A stretch of 64,000 bases of DNA, from positions 1,120,001-1,184,000 of the forward strand of contig CAVZZO010000003.1 in the NCBI GenBank assembly GCA_963779755.1, written 5' to 3'. The position numbers were made by a program, and so were the translations under genes. This document shows, one piece after another, positions 39,067 through 49,155 of the stretch (position 1 is its first letter; each line of letters starts with the position of its first letter). The notes under the pieces are model-generated. The model saw nothing but the letters and a program-made list of their open reading frames with translations, ran no database searches and was not told the DNA's origin. The DNA comes from an uncultured Gemmatimonadales bacterium. GTDB taxonomy: Bacteria; Gemmatimonadota; Gemmatimonadetes; Gemmatimonadales; GWC2-71-9.

Positions 39067-40059
39067 TTACTGTACCGAGAGGTCCTGCGTGCTCCTGGGC
39101 TTGAGCACCCAGGTTCCGTTGCCTCGGGGCACCAGAATGCCCGTGGCCGTCAGCACCTTGCCCGGTATGTAACTGGAGGTCGCGGTGGTGACCCGGGGGT
39201 CGAGAATCACGTCCAGGCTGCCGGTTCCGTCGTCCGCCGTTATCCGGAAATCAGGCGTGATGGTCGCCGTGTCGCTGATGACCGCGGCGGAGACGGTAAC
39301 CAGCTGGGCGTCCAGGCTCCCGCCGGCGGCGCTGGACGCCTCCAGCGTGGTGACCAGGCGCGGCGCCGGGGCCCCGCCCTGAATCGAGTAGGCGTAGATC
39401 CTGGCCTGGTCCAGCACCGGCTGGCCATCCCGCACCGCGGTGGTGCCGACGACGTGCACGCTGTCTCCGGGCATGACCGGGAAATTCACCGAGACGGCGC
39501 CGGTAAGCCGCAGACCGGCGGAGTCGGACCCCAGGTAGGCGGTCGTGTCCGAGAAGGTCGTGGGGCCGGCCAGGATGATCCCGCTCACCTGCACCAGTGT
39601 GCCCGCCTGCAGTTGCCGGGCCTCCGCTACCGTGGCCGTGGGGTAGCCCAGGCGCACCAGCCCGAGCTGCGCCGGTCCCCCCGCCCTGAGCTGGAGGACC
39701 GGCCCGGTATCCTGCACCCGGATGCTGTCGGCCACCGTGGCGCTGTCGACCACCAGGCGATAATCCCCCGCAGGCACGCCGCTCAACTGGATAATGCCCT
39801 GGCTGTCGGAGGTACCGGTCGCCACCGTATCAGAGGTGCCGGAGACGAGCAGGCCGACCCGGACGCCGGAAACCACGGTATCGAGGGTGCTGCTGGCGCC
39901 CGAGCCGTCACGATCGAGAAAGACCAGCACCTGAACGGTTCCGGTTCCCCTGGGCCCGAAGCCCAGGTCTTCCCCGGCATTGCTGCAGCCGGCAATGGCG
40001 GCCCCCAGGGCGCAGAGTCCGAGGGCGCGGCGGAGCGGGAGTCGCAACATGGTCATCAT
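39067..40059 (-). CDS. Lipoprotein with SdrD-B-like Ig domain and OB-fold domains
   Basis: Lipobox IAG-C; VFLDRDGSG...G.Y.L; TVAEARQ...VQVSGII OB-fold pattern; overlaps the TBDR stop. Confidence 0.65.
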   Translation of the reverse strand: MMTMLRLPLRRALGLCALGAAIAGCSNAGEDLGFGPRGTGTVQVLVFLDRDGSGASSTLDTVVSGVRVGLLVSGTSDTVATGTSDSQGIIQLSGVPAGDYRLVVDSATVADSIRVQDTGPVLQLRAGGPAQLGLVRLGYPTATVAEARQLQAGTLVQVSGIILAGPTTFSDTTAYLGSDSAGLRLTGAVSVNFPVMPGDSVHVVGTTAVRDGQPVLDQARIYAYSIQGGAPAPRLVTTLEASSAAGGSLDAQLVTVSAAVISDTATITPDFRITADDGTGSLDVILDPRVTTATSSYIPGKVLTATGILVPRGNGTWVLKPRSTQDLSVQ

Positions 40060-43000
40060 CAGTAGTCCAGGCTGACACCGAACCGGATGACCCGGGGCAG
40101 CGTCCGGCGGCTCAGCAGTTCTCCAAAGTGCGGATTGGCCAGCAGTGGCAGCGTCACGTCGCCGTTGGCATCGGTCACCAGCGTGCCGGCGGGATCCACT
40201 ACGACCAGGGCGTGGTCGCGGAGGCCTGCCGCGCTGGCGATCAGGTTGAAGGCGTCCACACTCAGCCGCAGACCCCGCGCCCCCACCGGAAGACGCAGCG
40301 CCAGCGCCAGGTCCAGGACGTGGACCGCCGGATCCCGGCAGCTGTTGCGCTCCGCAAACCCGCCGGTCTGCCCGCTCAGGCACCCGTGCGCTGCGATGAG
40401 ATCGCTCATACCCGGGAGCGAGGCATCCACCAGGGCCGGGTCGTTCCGGCCCGACCCGTCGCCGTTGGCGTCGACGCCGGGCAGGAATCCGGGGGTGAAG
40501 GGCAGGCCCGAGCGAAACCGGTAGCGCGCCGACAGCTCCAGGCCCAGGGGCCCCCCGCTGCGGTACCTGGCAAGCACCGCCACCCGGTGGGGGACATCCA
40601 GATCGGATCGGCCGTCAACCCATTCCGCTCCCGGGGCATCCTGCGGGAACGGGGTAAGCTGGTCCGCCGGGTCGCCGGATCGGCCCAGGGGCGTGTTGTC
40701 GGTGGTGCGCGACCAGGTATACGAGGCCGACAGCGACAGCCCGCGGGCCAGCTCCCGGGTGAGGTTCAGTCCCAGGGCGTAGTAGTCGGCATATCCCGTG
40801 GGGGCCAGCCCGCTCACCAGGTCGAAGCCGGAGATCAGGCGGTTGCTGCCCGGCACCGCCGTGATCAGGCCTCCCTGCTGTACCAGCGTGCCGTATACCG
40901 GACGCCCCTCCTGGGTAAACCCGGTGGGGCCCGGAAGGAGGTTGAGATCGGCACGGCGGAGCAGGTAGTCGGTATGGGCGTAGATTCCCCGCACCTCCAG
41001 CCCCAGGCCCTGCCCCAGCGCCCGGTTGAGATTCAGGTCGGCTTTCAGGGTTCTCGGATTGCGGTACTGGGGACTGAAAAGGACCAGGCGGGGCCCCAGC
41101 ACGGGGGCGGCCGAGCTGTCGGGGAGCGCGGGCCAGCCGCTGAAGGTGCCAAGACCGCGCCGCACCTCGACGCTGCCGTCGTAGCGGATCGCCTCGGCGA
41201 AGCGCGCCGGGTCCATGCCGCCGTAGTACCAGCCGAGCCCACCCGTGACCGACCAGGATTCCCCGTTGCCCGGGTGCCAGAGAAACCCCGCGCGAGGAGC
41301 GAAGTTGTTGCGGTTCTGCGGACTCAGGTTGTTGCCGGTGCCGGTCGCAAGCAGCCAGGCGGAATCGGGCGCCAGCAGGCCGCGGGACAGCTTCTGGTCG
41401 CTGTAGCGGAGCCCGAGCAGGACCTGGAACGCGGGCCGCAAGGACCAGATGTCCTCCAGTGAGAACCCGATATCGGTGCTGTTGAACTCTACCGTCCGGG
41501 CGGGGCCCGCAGCCTGGAAAAAGGCGCCGGTGGCAGCGCCGAACCGGTCCAGATTCCCGAAGGTGAACTGGCCGTTGCGGGCATAGAGATAGTCATCCTT
41601 CCGCTTGGTGAAGGTGACGTTGCCCGTCAGCTTCAACTGATGCCGACCCATTCGATAATGCACCGCGTCGGCCACATCCACGGCCCGCTGGTCGAACAGC
41701 CCGGGCAGCACGGGCGATTCCCCGACGGCGGCCCCTTCGGCCACCAGCGCGGTGAAGGGCAGCGCGGCGGCGGTCCATTCGCGCCGGGCGGCGCGGAAGC
41801 CGATTCGCAGCTCGTTGCCGTACGCGTCGCTCAGCGCAGAGCTGAGCGAGGCCGAGGCATCCACGTCCCGCGCCTGCAGCCGGCTTCCCGCGCCGGACGA
41901 GACATCCTCTCCCAGCAGCGGCTGCTGCTCCTTCCAGCGCGAGAGGCCCCCCTGCACCATCAGATGGTGTCGGGCCGCGACCTGGAAATCGAACCGGCCG
42001 AACCCGGTCCCACCCCGGAAGGTGCGCAGCACCGGGCTGGTATAGGCGGCCAGCCCGCGCGAGAAGGAGTCGGCGGCGACCAGGTTGAGAGTCTGCCGGA
42101 AATCGACGACGGCCCCCTCGTAGCGGGCGGTATCGACGGTCCAGGGCAGCGCCGTGGGCCGCTCCAGCGTCTGATAGTTGCCTCCCAGCAGGAACCGCCC
42201 GCGCTGGCCCAGGGGCCCGCCCACCAGCGCACCGCCCTGCAGCGAAATCGTGCTGGAGTCGGCGGGATTGTCTTCCGCGCGGCCACCCAGCCCGCTGCCG
42301 CTGTAGCTCAGCCAGGGATGGATCGAGAGACGGGAGCCTCCGCGCCGGCTCTGGGCGCTGGAGAGCTGCCCGGGGCTGCCGGCCCATTCGGCGTCTACCG
42401 GATCGTCCAGCAGCAGGAGACTGCCCAGCCGGTCGGGGGGGAAGAGCGGCAGCACGTCCGGCTCGCCGGGCAGCCCCGGATGGCGCAGACTGAACTGGGT
42501 GAGACCGTTGAGGGCAAATCCGGTGTATCCGGGTGGAAGACCGTCGCCGCCGAGCGACCATCCCGGCCGGTCGGCGGGGAAAATGGTACTGGAGACGTCC
42601 TGGCCCAGCACCGAGAGATCCTGCCGCGAGTTGAGGGAGGAGATGGTTTCCTGAGGAAGGAAGCGGCCGCTTCCCATGCCGTGGGAAATACCGCTGCCGG
42701 CTGGAGGCAGCTCGTGCACGGTAAGCACCGGCGGTGGAGCGGCCCGCAAGTGCACCATCAGCGTGCGCGACTCTCCGGCCCGGACCACGATGCCATGCTG
42801 CAACAGGGGCTCGTATCCTCCCTGCTCGACCCGCAGGGTATAGCTGCCGGGCTGGACGAAATCGAGGTGGAACCGCCCCAGCGGATCGGCTTCCAGCGGG
42901 AACACTTCACCCGAGGCTTCGCCGGTCAACCTGAGTTGCGCCTCCGCAACCGGCTCGCCCTCGGGCCCCAGGACCTGGCCTCTGAAACTGCCGCTGGTCA

Positions 43001-43097
43001 GGCTCTGCCCCGCGGCGGGCCGGGACAGCACGGCGGCAAGGACACCCAGCAGCGCCAGGCGCAAGGCAGAACGGCGGACACGTCCGTTGACGGGCAT
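40059..43097 (-). CDS. TonB-dependent receptor-like outer-membrane protein with a carboxypeptidase-regulatory-like N-domain (Oar-type)
   Basis: Signal peptide, G.V....GEPVAEAQL domain, amphipathic beta strands, NNFAPRAGF, C-terminal PRVIRFGVSLDY. Confidence 0.85.
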   Translation of the reverse strand: MPVNGRVRRSALRLALLGVLAAVLSRPAAGQSLTSGSFRGQVLGPEGEPVAEAQLRLTGEASGEVFPLEADPLGRFHLDFVQPGSYTLRVEQGGYEPLLQHGIVVRAGESRTLMVHLRAAPPPVLTVHELPPAGSGISHGMGSGRFLPQETISSLNSRQDLSVLGQDVSSTIFPADRPGWSLGGDGLPPGYTGFALNGLTQFSLRHPGLPGEPDVLPLFPPDRLGSLLLLDDPVDAEWAGSPGQLSSAQSRRGGSRLSIHPWLSYSGSGLGGRAEDNPADSSTISLQGGALVGGPLGQRGRFLLGGNYQTLERPTALPWTVDTARYEGAVVDFRQTLNLVAADSFSRGLAAYTSPVLRTFRGGTGFGRFDFQVAARHHLMVQGGLSRWKEQQPLLGEDVSSGAGSRLQARDVDASASLSSALSDAYGNELRIGFRAARREWTAAALPFTALVAEGAAVGESPVLPGLFDQRAVDVADAVHYRMGRHQLKLTGNVTFTKRKDDYLYARNGQFTFGNLDRFGAATGAFFQAAGPARTVEFNSTDIGFSLEDIWSLRPAFQVLLGLRYSDQKLSRGLLAPDSAWLLATGTGNNLSPQNRNNFAPRAGFLWHPGNGESWSVTGGLGWYYGGMDPARFAEAIRYDGSVEVRRGLGTFSGWPALPDSSAAPVLGPRLVLFSPQYRNPRTLKADLNLNRALGQGLGLEVRGIYAHTDYLLRRADLNLLPGPTGFTQEGRPVYGTLVQQGGLITAVPGSNRLISGFDLVSGLAPTGYADYYALGLNLTRELARGLSLSASYTWSRTTDNTPLGRSGDPADQLTPFPQDAPGAEWVDGRSDLDVPHRVAVLARYRSGGPLGLELSARYRFRSGLPFTPGFLPGVDANGDGSGRNDPALVDASLPGMSDLIAAHGCLSGQTGGFAERNSCRDPAVHVLDLALALRLPVGARGLRLSVDAFNLIASAAGLRDHALVVVDPAGTLVTDANGDVTLPLLANPHFGELLSRRTLPRVIRFGVSLDY

Positions 43098-43145
43098 GCG
43101 GGTTCCGTAATCGCAGAGGTGAAGCGCGGTTGCGGTGGCCGATGG

Positions 43146-43161
43146 TGCAGTTAAGATGCCA
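43146..43161 (-). promoter_or_regulatory. Putative sigma-54 promoter
   Basis: TGGCATCTTAACTGCA (GG-N10-GC), about 50 nt upstream of the TBDR ATG. Confidence 0.6.
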
Positions 43162-43289
43162 CGCTAATATAACGACGTCTTCAACACTGACCGGCGACGC
43201 ATGCCCGCCACTTTCATTAGAGAGCCGTTCTCCCCGTTTCACCCCGGGCCGCAGCCTGCCGGGCGCGGGCACCCGGCCGCCGGCCACGT

Positions 43290-44546
43290 GTGGCAGTGAG
43301 CCCACAGACAGGCGTCAGCCGGGCCCGCCGCGCCGGCTACCTCCTTGCCGCCGCGGGGCTCCTGTTCATCGGCGTGATGACCCTGATTCCGGCGCCGGAA
43401 CAGGAGGCCCTCGTCCAGCAGACCAGCGTGTGGTGCCTGGTCTGCGGCGAGCTGGGGCTGGTGGATGTGCTGCTCAACGTCCTGCTCTTCGTTCCTTACG
43501 GCCTGGGCCTGGGGCTGGCCGGCATGCGGCGGCACCGTGCCATCGCGGCGATCGTCCTTACCACCGGCTGCATCGAGTTGCTGCAGATGAAGCTGATCGC
43601 CGGCCGCGACGCCAGCCTGAGCGATCTGCTCACCAACACGCTGGGCGGCCTGCTGGGCCTGGGACTGGCCGGGTGCTGGCGCCTCATCCTCCTGCCACGC
43701 CCCCGGACCAGCCGGGCGCTGGCGGCCGCGGCCGCGGCCCTGTGGCTCCTGAATCAGCTGTTCGCGTCCTGGGCCCTGCACCCGGACCTGCCCCGCAGTA
43801 CCTGGTACGGCCAACATGCCCCGACCCTGGGACAGTTCGACCAGTTCAACGGCCGGGTCCTGAGCGCCGTGGTGGCCGGCGATTCTCTGGGAAACGAGCG
43901 GCTGGGAGATACGCCCGCGGTGCGCGCGGCACTGCTGGCCGGCGCGCCGCTCGAGGTGACCGCCGTGACCGGCCGGGCGCCGGAAGGGCTGGCGCCCATT
44001 GTCAGCATCTTCGACGATGCCCAGCGCGAAATCGTCCTCATCGGGCAGCAGGGCGACGAGCTGGTCTACCATCTGCGCACCCGGCTGGCGCCGCTGCGGC
44101 TGCGGGGGCCCTCGCTCGCGGCGCCGCATGCGTTGCCGCGCGGCGCGGGCGATACCCTCCGCGCCGCCGGCCGCCTGGAGCGGGGCGTCCTCTCGCTCAC
44201 CTGGTCGCTCAACGGCGGCCCCGCCCGGCAACGCTCGCTGCGGCTTTCGCCGTCGTGGGGGTGGAGCTTCGTGCTGCCCTATGATCATGCCTTCGGGTCC
44301 TGGACAGCGTTCCTCACCGTGTTGTGGGTGGCCGGGCTGCTGCTGCCGGCGGGCTACTGGGCGGGCCGCGGCCTGAGCCGGCCGGCAGCCCTGGGGGCGG
44401 GGGTCCTGCTCCTCGTGCTGGGGCTGGCGCTGGCACCCCGGCTCATGGGCATCCCGGCCGGCGCGTGGAGCGAGTGGGCGGCGGGGGTGGTGGGGCTGGG
44501 AGTTGGGTGGGTGATAGGGTGGAATGGACTGAGGACTGAGGACTGA
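43290..44546 (+). CDS. VanZ family membrane protein
   Basis: DVLLNVLLFVPYG, IELLQ..IAGRDASLSDLLTNTLG. Confidence 0.85.
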   Translation: MAVSPQTGVSRARRAGYLLAAAGLLFIGVMTLIPAPEQEALVQQTSVWCLVCGELGLVDVLLNVLLFVPYGLGLGLAGMRRHRAIAAIVLTTGCIELLQMKLIAGRDASLSDLLTNTLGGLLGLGLAGCWRLILLPRPRTSRALAAAAAALWLLNQLFASWALHPDLPRSTWYGQHAPTLGQFDQFNGRVLSAVVAGDSLGNERLGDTPAVRAALLAGAPLEVTAVTGRAPEGLAPIVSIFDDAQREIVLIGQQGDELVYHLRTRLAPLRLRGPSLAAPHALPRGAGDTLRAAGRLERGVLSLTWSLNGGPARQRSLRLSPSWGWSFVLPYDHAFGSWTAFLTVLWVAGLLLPAGYWAGRGLSRPAALGAGVLLLVLGLALAPRLMGIPAGAWSEWAAGVVGLGVGWVIGWNGLRTED

Positions 44547-44561
44547 GGATGCCAAGCCAGG

Positions 44562-44642
44562 TGTCACCCTGAGGGAGCGCAGCGACCGAAGGGGCCGAAA
44601 CCCGAGGAAGGCTTCGGCCCCTTCGCTCCGCTCAGGGTGACA
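44562..44642. repeat. REP-like palindromic element (near-identical to 58925-59005)
   Basis: TGTCACCCTGAG...GAAGGGGCCGAA...TTCGGCCCCTTCG...CTCAGGGTGACA. Confidence 0.85.
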
Positions 44643-44728
44643 ATCGCAACGTCCCGGTCCCCAGTCTCAGTCCTCTGCCCTTTCCCGCCCTTTCCCTTTT
44701 CCGGTTTTTCGCCCTTCTTTCCGCAGTC

Positions 44729-45940
44729 ATGTCGCTCTCATTCCGGCAGCGCATTCTCCTCATCCTGGTCGGCCTGGGCACGCTGCCGACGGCGGCCGCG
44801 CTGCTGGGCTGGGTGCTGACGGTGCGCTCGAGCAATCCGGTGGCAGCGGGCCGCACCGCCATCGAGCAGGTGGGCGAGACCGGCCGCACCTTCCTGCAGA
44901 CGGTCGACACCATGCGGCTGCGGCCCGCCGAGCGGCGGGCGCTGGCGGCGCACGTGGCGCAGCTCAACGAGGCCATGAGCCGGGCGCAGCAGGCGGCGGT
45001 CTATACCCGCTTCTATACCGGCGCGCTGGCGCTGCTGCTGCTGCTCTTCGGACTGCTGGTGATCTACGCTTCGGTGCGGCTGGGCGGCCATCTCACCCGG
45101 CAGCTGAGCCGTCCCATCGAAGAGCTGATCGGCTGGACCGAACACATCCGCCGCCACCAGCCCTTGCCGGCCGACCGGCCGCGGCGGGGCGCGCCGGAGT
45201 TCGCCTCGCTGCGCACGGCACTGCGGGAAATGGCCACCAACCTGGAGACGGGCCGCGCGCGCGAGCTGGAGGCCGAGCGGCTGCGCGCCTTTGGCGAGGT
45301 AGCGCGCCGGGTAGCGCACGAAATGAAGAATCCGCTCACCCCCATCCGGTTTGCGGTGGCGCAGCTGCAGCGCACGCCGCTCGCCGACGGCGCCGAGGCG
45401 CTGGAAGTGATCCGGGCCGAGGCCGACCGGCTGGAACAGCTGGCGCGGGAATTCACCGAGCTGGGGCGCCTGCCCGAGGGGCCGCCCGCTCTGGTGGACC
45501 TGGCCGAGCTGCTGGAGGAGCTGTGCCGCACCTCGCTGCCGCCCGGGATCGACGCGCGGATCGAGACGGCGCCCGGCACGCCGCAGATCACCGGCCACTA
45601 CGACGCGTTGCGCCGCGCGTTCGGGAACATCCTGCGGAACGCGGGCGAGGCGACGGGCGGAGAGGGCCGGCTGGAGATCCGCCTCGCACCGGAGGGGGAC
45701 GGGGCGTCGGTGGCCGTCGCCGACCACGGCCCCGGGATCGATCCGGCCGTGGCCGACCGGCTGTTCGAGCCCTATGTGACGGGCAAGGCCGAGGGCACCG
45801 GGCTGGGACTTACCCTGGTGCGGCAGACCATCCAGGCGCACGGCGGCAGCATCGCGGCGCGGGCCACGCCCGGGGGCGGCGCCACCTTCGTGATCCACCT
45901 GCCGGCCAGTCCCGCGCCGGCGGAAACCGGCCCCGCGTGA
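44729..45940 (+). CDS. Membrane sensor histidine kinase (HAMP, NtrY-like)
   Basis: VAHEMKNPLTPI H-box, NILRNA, DHGPGI, GTGLGL. Confidence 0.92.
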   Translation: MSLSFRQRILLILVGLGTLPTAAALLGWVLTVRSSNPVAAGRTAIEQVGETGRTFLQTVDTMRLRPAERRALAAHVAQLNEAMSRAQQAAVYTRFYTGALALLLLLFGLLVIYASVRLGGHLTRQLSRPIEELIGWTEHIRRHQPLPADRPRRGAPEFASLRTALREMATNLETGRARELEAERLRAFGEVARRVAHEMKNPLTPIRFAVAQLQRTPLADGAEALEVIRAEADRLEQLAREFTELGRLPEGPPALVDLAELLEELCRTSLPPGIDARIETAPGTPQITGHYDALRRAFGNILRNAGEATGGEGRLEIRLAPEGDGASVAVADHGPGIDPAVADRLFEPYVTGKAEGTGLGLTLVRQTIQAHGGSIAARATPGGGATFVIHLPASPAPAETGPA

Positions 45941-47307
45941 CCGACCGCGTCCTCATCGTCGACGACGAAGCCAACATCCGCCGCATGCTGGCGGCGCTGC
46001 TCCGCTCTGAGGGATACGAGGTGAGCGAGGCGGCGAACGGCCACGCCGCCATCAGCGCCTGCCAGACGTCGGAGCCCGATATCATCCTGCTGGATCTCCT
46101 CATGCCGCCCGGCCCGGACGGCCTGGCGACGCTGGAACGGCTGGCGGCGCTGCCGGTGGATTCGCCGGTGGTAATGATGAGCGGCAAGGCCCAGCTGTCC
46201 GACGCGGTGCGGGCCACGCGGCTCGGCGCCTTCCAGTTCCTGGAGAAGCCGTTGAGCCCCGAGGCGGTGCTGGTCACGCTGCGTTCGGCGCTGGAGCTGC
46301 GGCGCACCCGGGCGGAGAACCGCGCCTTGCGCGCGGTCATGGCGCCGCGGCAGGAACTGGTGGGCGACAGCAGCGCCCTGCAGGCGGTCCGGGAGCTGAT
46401 CGCGCAGGTCGGGCCCACCGACGCGCGGGTGCTCATCACGGGAGAATCGGGCACCGGGAAGGAGCTGGTGGCGGGCGCCATTCATCGCGCCAGCCCGCGC
46501 GCGGCCGGGCCGTTCGTGACCGTCAACTGCGCCGCCATCCCCCGCGACCTGGTCGAGTCGGAGATGTTCGGCCATGAGCGCGGCGCCTTCACCGGCGCCA
46601 CCGCACGGCGGATCGGCCGGTTCGAACTGGCGCACCGCGGCACCATCTTCCTCGACGAGGTGGGCGATCTGAGCGGCGATGCCCAGGCCAAGCTGTTGCG
46701 CGCACTGGAAACCGGCGAGCTGCAGCGGGTGGGCGGCAGCGGCACCCTGCGCGTGGACGTCCGGGTGCTGGCCGCCACCAACCGACCGCTGGACCGGGCG
46801 GTGGCGGCGGGCGAGTTCCGCGAGGATCTGTATTTCCGGCTGAACGTCTTTCCCATTCACCTGCCGCCGCTGCGCGACCGGTTGGACGACATTCCGGCCC
46901 TGGTGGAGCACTTGAGCCGGCTGGTGCGGCCCCGGCGGCCTCCGCGGTTCACCCCGGAAGCACTGGGAGTCCTGGCCGGCTGGAACTGGCCCGGCAACAT
47001 CCGGGAGCTGGCGAACCTGGTTGAGCGCCTGGCGATCGTGGGAAGCGAGCCGGTGAGCGACGAGGACGTGCGGGCAGTATTGCCGGACGACCGGAGGTCG
47101 AAAGTCGAAGGTCGAAGGTCGAAGACGGGCGATCCTGACCTGCGGCTCTCGGCGCCGCTCACCGAATCACTGGATGCCTACGAGCGGGAGCTGATCGCTA
47201 CCGCCCTGGCCCGCTCCTCGGGCAACGTGGCCGAAGCGGCCCGGCTGCTGCAAACCGACCGGGCGAATCTGTACCGCCGGATGCGGCGGTTGGGGTTGGG
47301 GGGGTAG
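45937..47307 (+). CDS. Sigma-54-dependent response regulator (REC-AAA+-Fis HTH; NtrC/NtrX-like)
   Basis: LIVDDE, GESGTGKE, GAFTGA, FLDEVG, FREDLYFRL, WPGNIREL, Fis-type HTH. Confidence 0.95.
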   Translation: MTDRVLIVDDEANIRRMLAALLRSEGYEVSEAANGHAAISACQTSEPDIILLDLLMPPGPDGLATLERLAALPVDSPVVMMSGKAQLSDAVRATRLGAFQFLEKPLSPEAVLVTLRSALELRRTRAENRALRAVMAPRQELVGDSSALQAVRELIAQVGPTDARVLITGESGTGKELVAGAIHRASPRAAGPFVTVNCAAIPRDLVESEMFGHERGAFTGATARRIGRFELAHRGTIFLDEVGDLSGDAQAKLLRALETGELQRVGGSGTLRVDVRVLAATNRPLDRAVAAGEFREDLYFRLNVFPIHLPPLRDRLDDIPALVEHLSRLVRPRRPPRFTPEALGVLAGWNWPGNIRELANLVERLAIVGSEPVSDEDVRAVLPDDRRSKVEGRRSKTGDPDLRLSAPLTESLDAYERELIATALARSSGNVAEAARLLQTDRANLYRRMRRLGLGG

Positions 47308-47309
47308 GC

Positions 47310-47359
47310 GTGGGGCAGGGGCAGCGGCGAGGCATGCCTCGCCGCTGCCCCTGCCCCAC
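47310..47359. repeat. Perfect 50-bp palindrome
   Basis: GTGGGGCAGGGGCAGCGGCGAGGCA|TGCCTCGCCGCTGCCCCTGCCCCAC. Confidence 0.9.
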
Positions 47360-47418
47360 ATCCCCGCCCCGCACCCCGCGCCATTTCGCCCATTTCACCT
47401 TTCCCCTTTCCCGCCGCT

Positions 47419-49155
47419 ATGCGCCCATCTCTCCTCGTACTCTTCCTGGCGTTCCTCGCGGCTCCTCTCCGGGCCCAGGACAGCGTCATCATCATCCGGC
47501 CGGACGCGGCCCAACCGGATTCGCTGGAGCGCACCGGCCTGCCGTCCCAGGTGGTCGATGAGCTGCTGCAGCGCTTCAACGATTCCGCCACCACCCGGTT
47601 CTGGGGCGACATGGACCTGCCGGCCGGCAGCGCGCTGTCGGGATCGGTCGGCGTCTTCCGCGGATCGGTCCGGCTGGCCGGGCGGATCGACGGGCCCCTG
47701 CTGGTGATCAACGGCAGCCTGGCGGTGCTGCCGGGCGGGACCGTGACCGGCGACGTGCTGGTGGTGGGCGGACGGATCACCGTGGCGGAGGGCGGCCGCA
47801 TCGCGGGCGACCGGCGGGTGTACTGGGACGCGGCGCCCGTGATCCGCAACGGAGAGGGCCTGCTGGTGCGGCGCGGCCCCCGGCGGCCGCTGCCCGTCTT
47901 CAGCTCGGCGACCGCCCGTTTTCAGTCGGGGCCGCTGCGCGCCGCAGTTACCGTAGGCACCGGCGGGACGTATAACCGGATCGAGGGCCTGCCGGTGGTC
48001 TTCGGGCCCAGTCTGGACTGGCACCTGGCGCCGGCCACCGAACTCAACCTCAATGTCCGCGGAATCCTGCGCACTTCGGCGGACGGGGCCGGCCTGCGGG
48101 AAGACTTCGGCTACCACGCCACGGGAGAGTTCCGTTTCGGCCAGCCGCAGGGGTTCGCGCTGGGCGTGGAAGGCTACAGCGAGGTGCAGGGCATCGAGAA
48201 CCATCCCCTTTCCCGCAGCGAGGTAGGCTGGTCCGCCCTGCTCTTCCAGCGGGATCAGTGGGACTACTATCTGCGGCAGGGCGTGGGCGCCTACAGCTAC
48301 GCCTACCTGTCGCCGGCGTTCCGGGTGGATCTGGGCCTGCGCCGCGACCAGGAATCGTCGGTGCGCGCCAACGATCCCTGGTCGCTGTTCCGCAATTCCG
48401 ACCGCTGGCGGCCCAACCCGCTGGTGGACGACGGCCATTACGTCGCCGCCCACGCCCGCCTGCTCTACGATACGCGCGATGATCGCAACGCCCCGACCTC
48501 CGGCTGGTGGCTCAGCGCGGAGGGAGAGCGCGACTGGAGCAACGACGTGGCGCCGCTGGTGCTGCCCACCAGCATCCGCGCGCCGGTTCCCACCGAACGC
48601 ACCTACGCCTTCAACCGGGTGCGGCTGGACCTGCGGCGTTACAACCGCCTGTCGCCCCGGAGCCGGCTCAATTTCCGCTTCCTGGCGGAGGGCTGGGCGG
48701 GGGGCGATCCCCTGCCGGTGCAGCGGCGGGTGGCGCTGGGCGGCGCGGACTACCTGCCGGGCTACGAGTTCCGCGCCTTCAACTGCGCGCCCGGCGGGTA
48801 CAGCGATCCCTCCCACGCGGCGCTCTGCGACCGGCTCATGCTGGCGCAGGCGGAATACCGGACCCGCTTGGACCTGGGCTTCGGCCGGACCGCCCGCGGG
48901 CCGGGCTGGGCCGAGGTGGACCGCTACCTCGGCTTGAGCCAGCTGGACCTGGTCTTTTTCACCGACGCCGGCAAATCCTGGTTGTCGGGAGCCGGCCCGG
49001 GCCGGGTGCCCAACGACCGGATCCCCAGCTTCCGGGAGTGGAAGGCCGACGTGGGCGTGGGGCTCGACCTGGGAGGCGCCGGCATCTACCTGGCGCGCGC
49101 GCTCACCGACAGCGAGCCGTTGCGCGTCGCCTTCCGCCTGCAACACCGGTTCTGA
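47419..49155 (+). CDS. Omp85/BamA-TamA-like beta-barrel protein with an N-terminal bactofilin-like beta-helix
   Basis: Signal peptide; G.V.G.V repeats; YDTRDD...PTSGW, LGG...LPGY, FTDAG, C-terminal RLQHRF. Confidence 0.7.
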   Translation: MRPSLLVLFLAFLAAPLRAQDSVIIIRPDAAQPDSLERTGLPSQVVDELLQRFNDSATTRFWGDMDLPAGSALSGSVGVFRGSVRLAGRIDGPLLVINGSLAVLPGGTVTGDVLVVGGRITVAEGGRIAGDRRVYWDAAPVIRNGEGLLVRRGPRRPLPVFSSATARFQSGPLRAAVTVGTGGTYNRIEGLPVVFGPSLDWHLAPATELNLNVRGILRTSADGAGLREDFGYHATGEFRFGQPQGFALGVEGYSEVQGIENHPLSRSEVGWSALLFQRDQWDYYLRQGVGAYSYAYLSPAFRVDLGLRRDQESSVRANDPWSLFRNSDRWRPNPLVDDGHYVAAHARLLYDTRDDRNAPTSGWWLSAEGERDWSNDVAPLVLPTSIRAPVPTERTYAFNRVRLDLRRYNRLSPRSRLNFRFLAEGWAGGDPLPVQRRVALGGADYLPGYEFRAFNCAPGGYSDPSHAALCDRLMLAQAEYRTRLDLGFGRTARGPGWAEVDRYLGLSQLDLVFFTDAGKSWLSGAGPGRVPNDRIPSFREWKADVGVGLDLGGAGIYLARALTDSEPLRVAFRLQHRF

